DNA from: Rhynchopus sp. YZ270_cl-10
Lineage: Eukaryota
NCBI GenBank assembly: GCA_964035575.1
Contig: OZ037835.1
Coordinates: forward strand, 2,108,001-2,172,000
DNA length: 64,000 nucleotides
Direction of reading: 5' to 3'
The notes under the pieces were generated by a model that was given only the letters and a program-made list of their open reading frames with translations, did no database searches and was not told where the DNA came from. The translations under genes were made by a program, and so were the position numbers. Positions 43,700 to 55,014 of the stretch are shown piece by piece (the stretch's first letter is position 1; every line of letters begins with the position of its first letter).

Positions 43700-46114
43700 A
43701 TGCAGGTTTTCAATAGCGAAAGAGCAAACATATTGCCAGAACAAGCAAGTGCCCGCAGCAAGAAGAAGGGATGCGGTGTTCCCATCATGTCGGTGATCAT
43801 GGTGGCAACTGTCTTCAGCACAGCGTCCTCCATGGCTGGAGGTCTTGTCCTCTACTTCCAAGGTCTTTCCTCGCTTGAAGCGTCTGTGAAGGAGACAAGC
43901 GCAGGAGAAGTGGCCAGTCTGCGTGACAGCATCGTGGCAGTGCTGGACAAGACATCTGAGTTCACAGGTGCCTTGCACAAAATAGTATACTCACTCGAGA
44001 CGATCAAGACCAACAACACAGAGGAGTGGGCCAACATCACACGCTCACAGAGTTATTCACTTGTGTCTTCGTCGCCCATTCTGTTCAGTTGCATGATTGT
44101 GTTGCACCCGTTTGACCTGGACGACGGGTCCATGTTCTACTCACTTTCTTGGAGCGACCCGCGCAAGGACGGCTCGTAAGATTACTTGCACGCACACCAC
44201 GCATCGTACATGAACCAGACTGAGTACCTTCCGAGGGACGCAACGACAGGAGAGGTGCTGTACGTATGGATCCGTGCATGGGCTCTCTACGGGCTTGGGT
44301 ACCTAGGCCCTTACCTGTACATGTGGGATGGGAAGTACGTCTTTGACAGCTTCCCATCCTGGTGGGATCCGAAGAACCCGAGCATTCCTGCTGATGACAC
44401 AAGCGACTGGGACGAGGATCGGCTTGCACCTGGTGCTGTGGGTTCACGTTGGTTGCCTCCAGGCAAGTGGTATTCACAGGACCTGCTCTATACGTTTGTC
44501 GATCTGGAGTCCATCTACGTACCCCCTCCAGCACCACACCCGTGGTCAGGCTACCGTGCAGTTTCTTTCTTGGTTGCGTTTTTGCCCTCGTCTTGGGTGC
44601 CACCTTTCGTTGAGTACAAGAAGAGCCGTCCCGACACAACAGCACTGATTGTCGACCGTGTGACGACTGTTGTGTACGTCTCCACCACAGGTGACAACAT
44701 GATCCCTGAGCGTTGCCAGACAGTTGGGACCAACGTCGATGCTGACCTGGAGTGCGCCTCCCGTGTTGAGAACCTGCCCGAGTACCTGCAGCAAGCGTAT
44801 GTGAAGTTCAACGCCGAACCGTTTGATGTGTTCACAAAGCTGACGCTTGACGGCGATGAGTACTTTGCAAGGAAGACGCGCATCTTTCTCCATGCAGAGC
44901 TGTTCTGGCTGCGTCCAGTGTCGTCCATTCAAGGCAAGGTGAACAAAGCGTTGGTGCTGCTGATCATCTTCACAAGCGTTGTTCTTGCCTTTGACATTAT
45001 GATCTCTGTGGTTGAAGTGGTGTTCATTGCACTGCCCCTGAAACGCTCGTCGCAAGCGATCCAAGCGTTGGGCAACCTCGACACTGCCGTTGCTGCGTCT
45101 GCTGTGGAGGAGTACGCGACCAGATGCTTCATGGTGAGCGAGGTGAAGTCTTTGATCCATGGTCTCTCGCTGTCGATTGACAGACTGCAAGAGCTGCGTA
45201 CGTTCATGCCTGAGTCTGTTCTGGCGGAGCAGCACAGCGCTGAAGAGGATACAGAGGGGTTTACAGGGTGCACGACTACGTCACAAGGTCGCAAGAGTGG
45301 TGACACCGTCACATCCATCCAGTCCATGACCATGGAGTCTAACATACACAGAGCACACCAAGCAGACCTGACGCTATGTCTCCAGAGCAGGCCAATCGGT
45401 GTCCTCCGTGCCAACATCGTCGGCTGGTCGCAGACCTTTTCCGGATGCAGTGACAAGGAACTGCTCTCTCTACACGGGCAAGTCCTCAACACTGTTCTGG
45501 ACTGCACGCAAGGAGGTGTGCTTGACTCGTTCACAGGTGACGTATTCCTAGTTGGTTGGAACACCGTGAAACCAAAGCCTTCTTACTACATGAAGCCCCT
45601 CGAAAGTGCCATCAAAATCAAGGACAGCGTCCAGGGCTTCACGATGTCGTTTGGTGCGGCGTGTGGGAAGGCGAAGGTAGGCAACATGGGGACGAAGACC
45701 ATGCGGCGGTTCACAGTCCTCTCAGACTGCCTTCCGTGGGTGTCGCAGCTGGAGGCCTTCAACAAGACAAGAAAGCTGACCTGCACGACGGACGTGAAGC
45801 TGATGGAACGCTGCAAGGTATTCCCACACACTGTTGTCGATGCTGTTGTGCACCCAAAAAGCGGAAAACCTGTCATTCTGTGCAACGTGACTGGGATGCC
45901 AACTTCAACCAACGAAGAGTGGATGTATGCACTTGAACACACAGAGACGTCTGCTGAGGCCCAAGCGAACGAGTTTATGATTGCCATCGTGAACGGAGAT
46001 TTTGAGAAGAAACTGAGTGCGGATCTGGAGGCTAATGTACCTCAGGTGTTTCGGACTGCACAACAGACAAAGGCGTTTTCCCCGCTCTCCCTTGACTTTA
46101 CGCGGGTCGGATGA
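43700..46114 (+). pseudogene. receptor-type cyclase-like gene interrupted by one in-frame TAA (44177-44179)
   Basis: ORFs 43610..44179 and 44186..46114 are in the same frame (DGS*DYLHAHH). Combined architecture: TM, extracellular domain, TM, HAMP-like LQELRTFMPESV, degenerate cyclase (RANIVGW, LDSFTGDVFLVGWN, GKAKVGNMG), EEWMY tail. Confidence 0.7.
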
Positions 46115-47073
46115 CACTGGCGAGTTCTTGTGGAGTCAGGCCCATCTAGGTGATATTTGCTGCCTGTAAATAAGTTTCTCGAGTCCGCATTGCACTTCGC
46201 GGTTAGCTCCAAGGGAAGACACGCTTCTTCAGAAGCCAGGTAGAGAATGCTGCCCAACCCCTCTACACTGTACGTGCTACCACCCTTATTTTTATGGTGA
46301 TGCCGCAAGGGAAGTCGTTCTCACAAAGTGATGGTGGAGGCTAAGGGTCACCTGCTGCACCCACCGTTTAGGTACTTTTTATTTTTTTTAAAAAATAAAA
46401 AGTATTATTTTTTTTAAAAAAAGTAAACACTTTTTGTTGTTGCAGGAGGTACTTGGACTTAAATCCGGATGGCTGGCAGCGTACGTGGGTCAGTCGGGAG
46501 GTGCCTGCATCAGTTCATGTTCCTCTGTCTCTGCACAATGACACTTTACACGGTTTACAAGTGGTTTTGCACGTGAATATCTTTTACAATCTGGTCAGGT
46601 ACTCTTTTTTGCAAGCGTTACACAAAAATACTTTTGTTGAAATTTTCCAATTTTCCAATTTTCATGTTTTTCTTCTTTTTTTTTATTGCTACATTCACCG
46701 ACCTGTCCACAACCTCTCCCTTTTGTCTTTATTGCTTTAGGGGCGTGACCTATGGGTATGGGGACATCGGAACGCTGCGTTTAATTACCTTCTTTATGCA
46801 TACCAGATGTTGCAGGAGTGCATGGTTGGGGTCCCCATCCGGTACACCGGTCCTGGACCAAGGTGTTGTATATTTTTCTACACTTTTCTCATCTTCAGAA
46901 GCCTGTGACTGAGTGTGGGGATGTGTTCAAGAATTAAACTCTTCCCCCCAAACCCCCTTTCGTCTTTGTTTTTCTTTATCCAAACGTCGAGTGGATGTGT
47001 AATAATTTCTACACTTTGTTCGTCTTCAGAGGCAGCTACACCATTTAGGGATAAAAACAAAACCGCGTTATTA

Positions 47074-48135
47074 TTGGTGTGGCTGAAGGGGGGTGCTATT
47101 TTCTGCTATTTTCTGCTATTTTCTGCTATTTTCTGCTATTTTCTGCTATTTTCTGCTACTTTCTGCTATTTTCTGCTATTTTGGGGGTCTGGATTTTTTT
47201 TATTTTTTGGCCGTGGTTTGGGCTTTTGCTAAAGGGAGGGGAAATGAGGCACTCCTGACCCCAGCCAGTCCCCAAAACACCTACCAAAGATGCAGACAAC
47301 GTTTTTTTCGAGCAAAAAAGTGTAAAAAATAAGATCAATTTTAGCAAAAAAAAATGTATTTTGTCCCGATATAGACCAGGTGCTGTACTGTGTACTGTGT
47401 ACTGTGTACTGTGTACTGTGTACTGTGTACTGTGTACTGTGTACTGTGTACTGTGTACTGTGTACTGTGTACTGTGTACTGTGTACTGTGTACTGTGTAC
47501 TGTGTACTGTGTACTGTGTACTGTGTACTGTGTACTGTGTACTGTGTACTGTGTACTGTGTACTGTGTACTGTGTACTGTGTACTGTGTACTGTGTACTG
47601 TGTACTGTGTACTGTGTACTGTGTACTGTGTACTGTGTACTGTGTACTGTGTACTGTGTACTGTGTACTGTGTACTGTGTACTGTGTACTGTGTACTGTG
47701 TACTGTGTACTGTGTACTGTGTACTGTGTACTGTGTACTGTGTACTGTGTACTGTGTACTGTGTACTGTGTACTGTGTACTGTGTACTGTGTACTGTGTA
47801 CTGTGTACTGTGTACTGTGTACTGTGTACTGTGTACTGTGTACTGTGTACTGTGTACTGTGTACTGTGTACTGTGTACTGTGTACTGTGTACTGTGTACT
47901 GTGTACTGTGTACTGTGTACTGTGTACTGTGTACTGTGTACTGTGTACTGTGTACTGTGTGCCTTATGATCCGTCTGTGGAGTGGGAGGGGGTTTCCGGG
48001 TTTGCGGGCTGGCCAAGTTTCCTTCCCTCGTCCATCGGGAGCCACACCACCACCCAGCCACCAAACCCAAAAAAAACCCCCCAAAGTGCTATTTTCTGCT
48101 ATTTTCTGCTATTTTGGGGTCGTCAGCCACACCAA
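47074..48135. mobile_element. TIR element carrying a 7-bp satellite
   Basis: TTGGTGTGGCTGA / TCAGCCACACCAA with TTA on both sides; (GCTATTTTCT)n 10-bp repeats near both ends. Confidence 0.7.
47386..47960. repeat. (TACTGTG)n 7-bp satellite
   Basis: About 82 perfect units. Confidence 0.97.
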
Positions 48136-49586
48136 TTATTGTAAATAGTGTTGCCTCAGGTGGCATGCTATTGCTTTTCAGCACTCTTCTTCTGCGCGAT
48201 AACCACCATGACCAATCATGAGAGTCTTGGGTTCATCTTATAAACTTTTCTTTTTGTCCGGGTCGAATATATAATATTATAAGAAAGGGTTGGAAAATGG
48301 GGGTTATCGGTGCTCGAAGTTGAACTTAAGATGTGTTGAAAACCGTCATTTCCCAACCCTTTTCTAATATTCGCTCCCAGACCCCAGAAGGGCTTACCGT
48401 CTTCGTAAAAATGTTCGACCGTAAAAAAGGACGAACTTCCAGAAAAATCCTGAAAAGGACGAACTTTATTACGAAGACGGTATGTTGTATTTTTTCCTGT
48501 TGTGTTATTATTCAGTACATACTGACAGTGGTATTCCTGACCCCGGAAATCCAGAAATCTTCGGGGCGGGGAGTAACCACTGTTAGTCAGGCGTTGATTG
48601 CAAAAGTGTCTACTTGTCGTTTCCCTCACCCTCCCCTTTCTTGTAGTTGTTTGATGCGTTGACGCTTCCGTATACACTATCTCTCACCTGTTGGGTAGAG
48701 GTGTTGTGTTGCAGAAGCAGTTGGGTGAGTGAACGACGTTGACACTTTCCACTCTTATCCACTGACAAAGTAGTGTGTGTGTAGCAATACGCACATGCAA
48801 GCAAAGTTATTTTCCTCCCTCAATATCCTCGTGAAAGAGTCGCATGCCCGTGTATCCCCTTGAACTAAGGCCTCCCCTTCCCACGGCTTGTTTTCATGTT
48901 TCAGCTTGTTTTTGAGGCGTTTTGACGTGGCAGCGCTAGAGATGTGGGGGTTGAGGTACCGTCTTTTGAAAAATTATGGACCAGAAAAATAGGTCCATAA
49001 AAAAAAAAAATCCCAAAAAGTCCATCATTGTTCTGGTCCATATTATTTCTGGTCCATATTTTTTCAAAAGACGGTATTTGAAAAAATTCTCGAGACCCTC
49101 GTGAAAAAGGTCGCACGTCTGTGTATCCCCTCCACGGCTCGTTGCCCCCTCTCTTTTCATGGTTGTGTGTGTGGTCCACCCCTGGTACGGTCATGTACCA
49201 AGGTACACTATCACGAGAGGGTTGTTGTGTTTCAAGTCAACTCTCTTGTGTGCTCCATTACTCTTTCCGTACTTCAAGCAAACATACCGTAATATTTTTT
49301 TTATACCGACCCTCCCCCGTGAAATTGTCCTCCCTCCTGACCCCCTTGAAATTGTCCCCCCTGGGGGAAAAGTGAGGGAGGGACAATATCTCGTACCTAA
49401 CGGTGTTGGCAAAAGGGGGGGACAATTTCTCGTACTGTAGGGGGGTGGCCGTTTTGGTGTGAAGAAGGGAGCAAAGTTTGTCCCCCCGACCCCCTTGAAA
49501 TTGTCCCCCCCCTCAGAGTCCCCCCCTGCCTTGAAATTGTCCCTGGCGGCAAAATAGCGGTTTTTTTTTGGGGGGGACAATTTCAC

Positions 49587-50999
49587 CAGGGGTTAAGTTA
49601 GCTTTTTTTTTTTCTCGCTGAGTCGCAGGGTCCTCAACCGTAGACAAAGTCTGGCCACAGATTTGTCTAAGTTAAAAAAAAAGGCTAAAAAAAAATTTTC
49701 GCGCTCCGCGCGAAAAGGTCCTGTACAAAGCTAAAAATTGGGGGCTTTTTTTTTTTTGTGTTGCTTTTTCGAAACTCGTTAAGTGGTCTTTTCATTTCAA
49801 TAGAAGAGTTCGACAAATGAACAATCACACCCCACCCCACCCCTTCGCCCCACCCGTACCCCTAACCCCATTGTCCCCCCAACCTGATAAGCATCACACA
49901 GAAACTCTAACCTTCTTTCTTTTAAAGGCTTCAAAAATCCTTTGGATTTGGTCAGGCGTAAATTTATTCTCATTTGTCTCTGCCTGTTTGCACATAAGAA
50001 TGCATAGCAGACTTGAATCCAGCAGTTTGTTTCTGTAGCTATTCTTGACGTACTTCATGCCGTTGAAGCAGCGCTCGTCTTCAACTGATGTGACGGGGAT
50101 TGACAACCCAAGCAAAACAAGATCCCTCATAATGGGGTAGGCGTCTCCTGCGGAACTTGTCAAGAATGTTGCGATCAGGTCCGAAGTGTCCTTTGTTGTA
50201 GTTCTCTTCGACAAAACGTCCACCAGGATCCTGGAGGTGGCTTGTGTGGGTGGGTACAATGGGGTCCGCGCAGGTGAGGACTGAGGGAGTCTTGAGGGAA
50301 CTCATTTTTTTTTTTGTTTTCAGTAAAGCTTCTCTTTCAAACCACCCAAAAACCCAAAACCCAGGTTTTGTCTAACTTAGACAAAGCGTTTTTCAAAAAA
50401 AAAAAAAATTGTCTAAGTTAAGGCCTAACTTAGACAGGTTGAGGACCCTGCTGAGTCGGGTTTTCTGGGTTTTTTTCGGTTTTTCTGGATTTTGCGAAAA
50501 ATAACCCATTCCCTCCGCGAGCGCAGCGAGCGGGAAAATTTTTTTGCAATTTTTGGGCAAAGTTCAAAAATCCCACCAAAAAGTGGGGGGACCCTGGGGA
50601 TTTTTGGATTTGTCCTAACAATTTTGGAGCATAAATTTGAAGAACAGGACTGGTGTACCCCTCACCGACCTCAGTTCCCACGTCCTGCCTCATCCGCACT
50701 CTCGCAACACTAGTACTGAACCCGAAGCTCGCCAGAGATCCCTGTTGCCTCTTCATATGAATAATTCCCAGTTCTGACGGGGGGTTTGTTTGGGTCGGGA
50801 GGATATTTTTTTTCTTAGAGGGTGGGGTGGGGGGGGGCTCCGCCCCCACCCCTACCCCACCTTCCCAGCCTACACCACCCAAAAATTTGGATTTTTTTTT
50901 TTTTTCCAGATTCCATTTTTTTTTTTTTTTTTTTGAAAAACCCGAAAACCCGAAAACCGGGTTTTGAAAACCCAGAAACCCGCCCTAACTTAACCCCTG
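49587..50999. mobile_element. hAT-type MITE (copy 2)
   Basis: TIR CAGGGGTTAAGTTAG / CTAACTTAACCCCTG; 8-bp TSD AATTTCAC (49579-86, 51000-07). Confidence 0.9.
49626..50450 (-). mobile_element. internally deleted hAT transposon with transposase C-terminal remnant
   Basis: TIR CAGGGTCCTCAACC / GGTTGAGGACCCTG; 8-bp TSD CTGAGTCG, single at the empty site ~21262 in copy 1. Minus ORF 49894..50259 (YPIMRDLVLLGLSIPVTSVEDERCFNGMKYVKNSYRNKL) matches the hAT dimerisation-domain pattern. Confidence 0.9.
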
Positions 51000-51735
51000 A
51001 ATTTCACAAGGGAGGGTTGGTAAGAGAAAAACTTAAAAGATATTTCTTTGTGTTGATGATGATCTGCATCTATGCCTTTGAAATTCATTAGCTTCGGGCG
51101 ACTTTTTGTTGTACAGAACCCGTCCTCGGATAGGTGACTGTCGAAACTACAAAAATGCTGCTTTTCTCTTCCCCTCAATGAAGAGAACTCCCCTGGTTCG
51201 CCACCGTCCACCACATTATTTTTTCCCGCTTATTCTAAAGCAAAGGGCGTATCCTGACTGGGTCTAGTCTCTCGAGGAAAGTAAATCATAAGAACAGTCA
51301 TTTGTTTTTTGTGGGGAAAAAAAAAACTCGGTTGGTGCTCCGGGAGGGGTCGATATTGACAGGTCGCTGACATGTCACTGACACAGGTGGCCGAATAACT
51401 GGCCATTTCCCAAAGGTTACCGCATTATGGAAACAAGGAGATCCAAAAAAATCCTGTTCGAGCACTTTTGACCCTCTCCAGAGGGTGCACAGTGCATACA
51501 CCCCCTTCTTAGCAACTGTAAATAACCGACTCCCGACTCCCGACGCCCGGACCCCCAGACCTTATTACACCCTTGCAGGGGCGTACACTTTATAGACACC
51601 CGCCGATATTTACAGGTGGCTGACAGGTCGTTGACCGATTTCCGAAAGCACCAGCTGTGAAGATTGAAACCAAAATCTGAACCTTTGTTACTGAATGATA
51701 CAGAACAACCCTTTTGCTCTCTTACCCCCCCCCCC

Positions 51736-52344
51736 CAGGCATGAGAATAAGGTTAGGGGGGTGCGGGTCCGGGGTCCGGGGTCCGGGCTATTCTCACAAG
51801 GGGTGGGGTGGGGGTGAGGGGGTCTCGGTTTTTTGGAGTGCTGAACGACACGTTGGGTGTGGGGTGGGGTGAGGGGATCTCTAAGCTGACTCTAATCTAT
51901 GTAAAGATTCACAAATGGGGCTTTCTCGGGACCCCCTCTTGACAGCGGGGGTGCCGGACAGGCTGTCATGTACAGCTGCCTGGGGTGATGAAATAGTAAA
52001 ATTTCTGTTGTGGATGTGTTGGTGCTGGGAATGGGTGGGGGTGTCGGGGTTTAACAGGGTGCCGGACAGGGTGCCGGGCAGGGTGCCGGGCAAGGTGCCG
52101 GGCAAGGTGCCGGGCAGGGTGCCGGGCAGGGTGCCGGGCAAGGTGCCGGGCAGAGTGCAAAATGAAAATACCAAAAAACACCGGCATTTGCATTTTCGGA
52201 ATCCGTGCGGCCAGTGGTGGGGTCACTTTTCCAAAATGGACAAGTTCTTAGAGGGTGGGAAGGGAGCAAGAGTAGGGTAGGGGGGTGTGGGGTTCCGGGG
52301 GGCCGGGTCCGGGGTCCGGGGTCCGGGCCTTATTCTCATGCCTG
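51736..52344. mobile_element. hAT-like MITE in a poly-C target with an internal 12-bp minisatellite
   Basis: TIR CAGGCATGAGAATAAGG / CCTTATTCTCATGCCTG flanked by C runs; (CAGGGTGCCGGG)n at ~52055-52152. Confidence 0.75.
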
Positions 52345-53700
52345 CCCCCCCCCCCATCCACTCCCCATCTTGCTTCCTCTCATTTGAGTAGTGTTATTTC
52401 TTTCGATTATTATTGTTTTTTTTTTGCTCTCTGTGTTTATTTATGTGTTTACCCCTCACCTGAGGGTGCCCCCCCTTTGTTTGCATCTCCTCTTGTCTCG
52501 TATCACGCCCCATCTTTTGCAGGGCATGACAGATGTAAACCACGAAATGGGTGTTGATGCATGGTTGGGGGTCGACCCGGTGCACTGCTTATGTGCCAAA
52601 AAGGTACACTGGTCATCAACTAGAGGGGGGTTTTTTTTTTGTAGTTCACCTCAAACTTTGTTTTTTTTTGTGAAAGAGAAAACCGACGCAGGAGCCTTTT
52701 ATCGAAAACTGTTTTCTTCTCCGTTAACGCACAAAAACACTTGACAGAAAAAACTTTTTCACACAACGTTTTTTGCTATTCTTTCTCCTTTTTTAACTCT
52801 CTGCTTTTCATCTTTTTTAAAAATGAAGCCTAAAGAATAATCAACGATGTGATACAGGATATGGGTGGTTCAGTGATTCCACAGAACCGACACCATTGAT
52901 GTGTCTCAACCAAAACCAAATAATTAGAAATTAAAAAAGAGAGAGTTTTTGAAGTAAGGAAAGAAAATTGCCCAGGTAACCTATTAGCATGAGATGCTCG
53001 GGTCATTTGATCAGTTTGTCTTTCTTTTTTCACACCCGGGGGGGGGTGCGATGAAGCGTAGTGTCAGTGTCTATCCCAGAGTCGTGCACTACCAACTTCA
53101 CTTTTTTCTTTTTAGCGACATGCACGGCACGGCACAAATAAGGTTTCTGATCGCGATTGAATTTGAGAATGATGTGTGTCTCCTTTTGTACCCCCTTTTC
53201 ACCTCTTTCCCGCATAGACAGCCCCTCGCCATCCCATGTCTGTGCTCTACACCAGTTTCGTACACCTCAGACAACAATTGTCTTCTGAGAAATTGGGAAA
53301 ATGCGAATAAATAATATTTTATAAAAAATGAAAGAACGATCATAAAGAAAGAGCAACAAACATGCGTTTTGTCCTTTTTTTTTTTTTTTTGCGAAAAATG
53401 TGCCGTTTTGCCCAAATGTACCAGAACCCCGAAAAAAAGCCGTTTTTTCACCATTTCTCATAATTTTTTTAGGTTCTGGGGTGACTTTTTTTTGTGATTT
53501 TTCGGCCCACAGATCCTCTCTGACCTATTCTAGGGGTGTTTTTGGCCTGCAGTTGTCTGGGAGATGGCCGGAGGTTTACTAATTACATTTTTGTACAGCT
53601 CACGCCGGTGGGGAAAAAAGTGACTCACCTCCCAACGCCTCCCAACACCTCCCAAGACCCAGCTGGAAATTATATTGAAAAAACCCCCCTCCCCCCAAGT

Positions 53701-54574
53701 ATGACTGGTAGTGATGTCGTTACCTTGTCTCCTGAAGGCAGAGCCGATCGGAGACTGACCAAGCTGGAGGCAAGGGAGGAGATGCTGGAGGCTAAGATCG
53801 ACAAAATCGAGAAGAATATTCGCACAGCATACGACAACAAGATCGATGGCTTCCTGGAGAACCCCCTCACTGGCGACGTTCACTACATTGGCACGGACAA
53901 ATTCGTGGAATACGCGTTTGAACGTCTCGCCGAGCTCAAGGAGGAGCTGAAGGTATGACCCTTGCTTTGCACGTCCATGTATTTTATTGTTCTAGCATGA
54001 CGCATTCGCAACATGTGTGTCGTGTGTAGAACTCTTTCTAGTTTCTATTCACTCAACCTTTGAGTTGAGTCATTACATGTGGTTGTACTGTCTGTTTTTG
54101 TGTAGGGAACCTGGGACCTGTTGGAGACACAGCGAGTGGTCTACTTTCTTTCCACACCCATTTGTATTTTTCTAGCATGACTCATTCGCAACGTGTGTGT
54201 GTGTGTTGGGGTTGCAAAGTCGGCAGTGGAGATGTTGTACAGTGGTGGTGCAACTTTGTTGTTATTTTGTTGTTTCTAGTTTTGTACATTCACTTTCCAC
54301 ACACTTACAGATAGTTAGTGCAGACCTGCGGAGTGCGTTCGAGGACTTTATGGATGTGAGGGCGATGGTGAATGGTACTGTTCAGACATTGATCAACGAT
54401 CTAGAGACGAAGAAAAACGAAGGGAACACGCTACCAGCGTCTGTGCTTAATCATGTGGACTTTGATCACTACATTTGCACTTCCGCAGGTTTACACCGCG
54501 GAGAAAGCGACTCAAACCACAGTCGCATCAGCGAATGGGAAACTGCCGCTATCCCGCCTGATGCAAAAAGTTAA
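53701..54574 (+). CDS. hypothetical coiled-coil protein; join(53701..53952,54311..54574)
   Basis: Coding-like MTGSDVVTLSPEGRADRRLTKLEAREEMLEAKIDKIEK...ELKEELK, then a phase-0 intron GTATGA...CTTACAG, in frame with IVSADLRSAFEDFMDV...PDAKS*. Confidence 0.6.
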
Positions 54575-54867
54575 AATGGGGAACTTATTTTTAATATGAG
54601 CCAGTTACAGGCTTGTTTTTTGTTTTGTTGTTCTTGTGCTTTCATCCGGGGCTGGCATCGTACATGGGTCAGTCGGAGGTGCCTGCATCAATAACTATTC
54701 TCTTTTGTTTTTGTTTTATTTTCCCTGGTACCAGTACGACGCCTCTTACTCCAAAGGAACGGGGAGTTTACCATGCAACCTATGCAGGCGGCTGCTGCAC
54801 AACCAGTGCCGGAGTAGACGGTCTGCGTGTACTGCCCCATGACCCTAGTTTTTCTTCTCCCCCCCAA

Positions 54868-55014
54868 GTGGAAGTGAACCACCGAGACACTGAAAAGAAC
54901 TACACTACTTTGCAGTATGCGGAGGAGGAAAAGGACACAGACGTTGCGGAAGTGTTGATTGATGTATTGTACTTGGAGCTTGAGGCAGCAAACTCTCGTG
55001 CCTTGCGAATTTGA
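54868..55014 (+). pseudogene. isolated ankyrin-repeat fragment
   Basis: VEVNHRD..YTTLQYAEEEKDTDVAEVLID resembles VDVNHSCDGGSTALHWVCQENYPEVVQALID in 31548..32957. No start context. Confidence 0.45.

Larger units (their letters stand above)
49306..51020. mobile_element. TA-flanked MITE (Tc1/mariner-like) whose right TIR is split by a hAT MITE
   Basis: TA|CCGACCCTCCCCCGTGAAATTGTCC ... GGACAATTTCAC[insertion]AAGGGAGGGTTGG|TA. Confidence 0.75.

Noticed and set aside
44177..44179. Genome-wide TAA reassignment
   Set aside because: TAA terminates several genes at homologous C-termini (e.g. CSVS-TAA x3), and only one in-frame case is present.
47156..48148. Long ORFs (STQYTVH)n / (VLCTVYC)n
   Set aside because: Translations of the 7-bp satellite.
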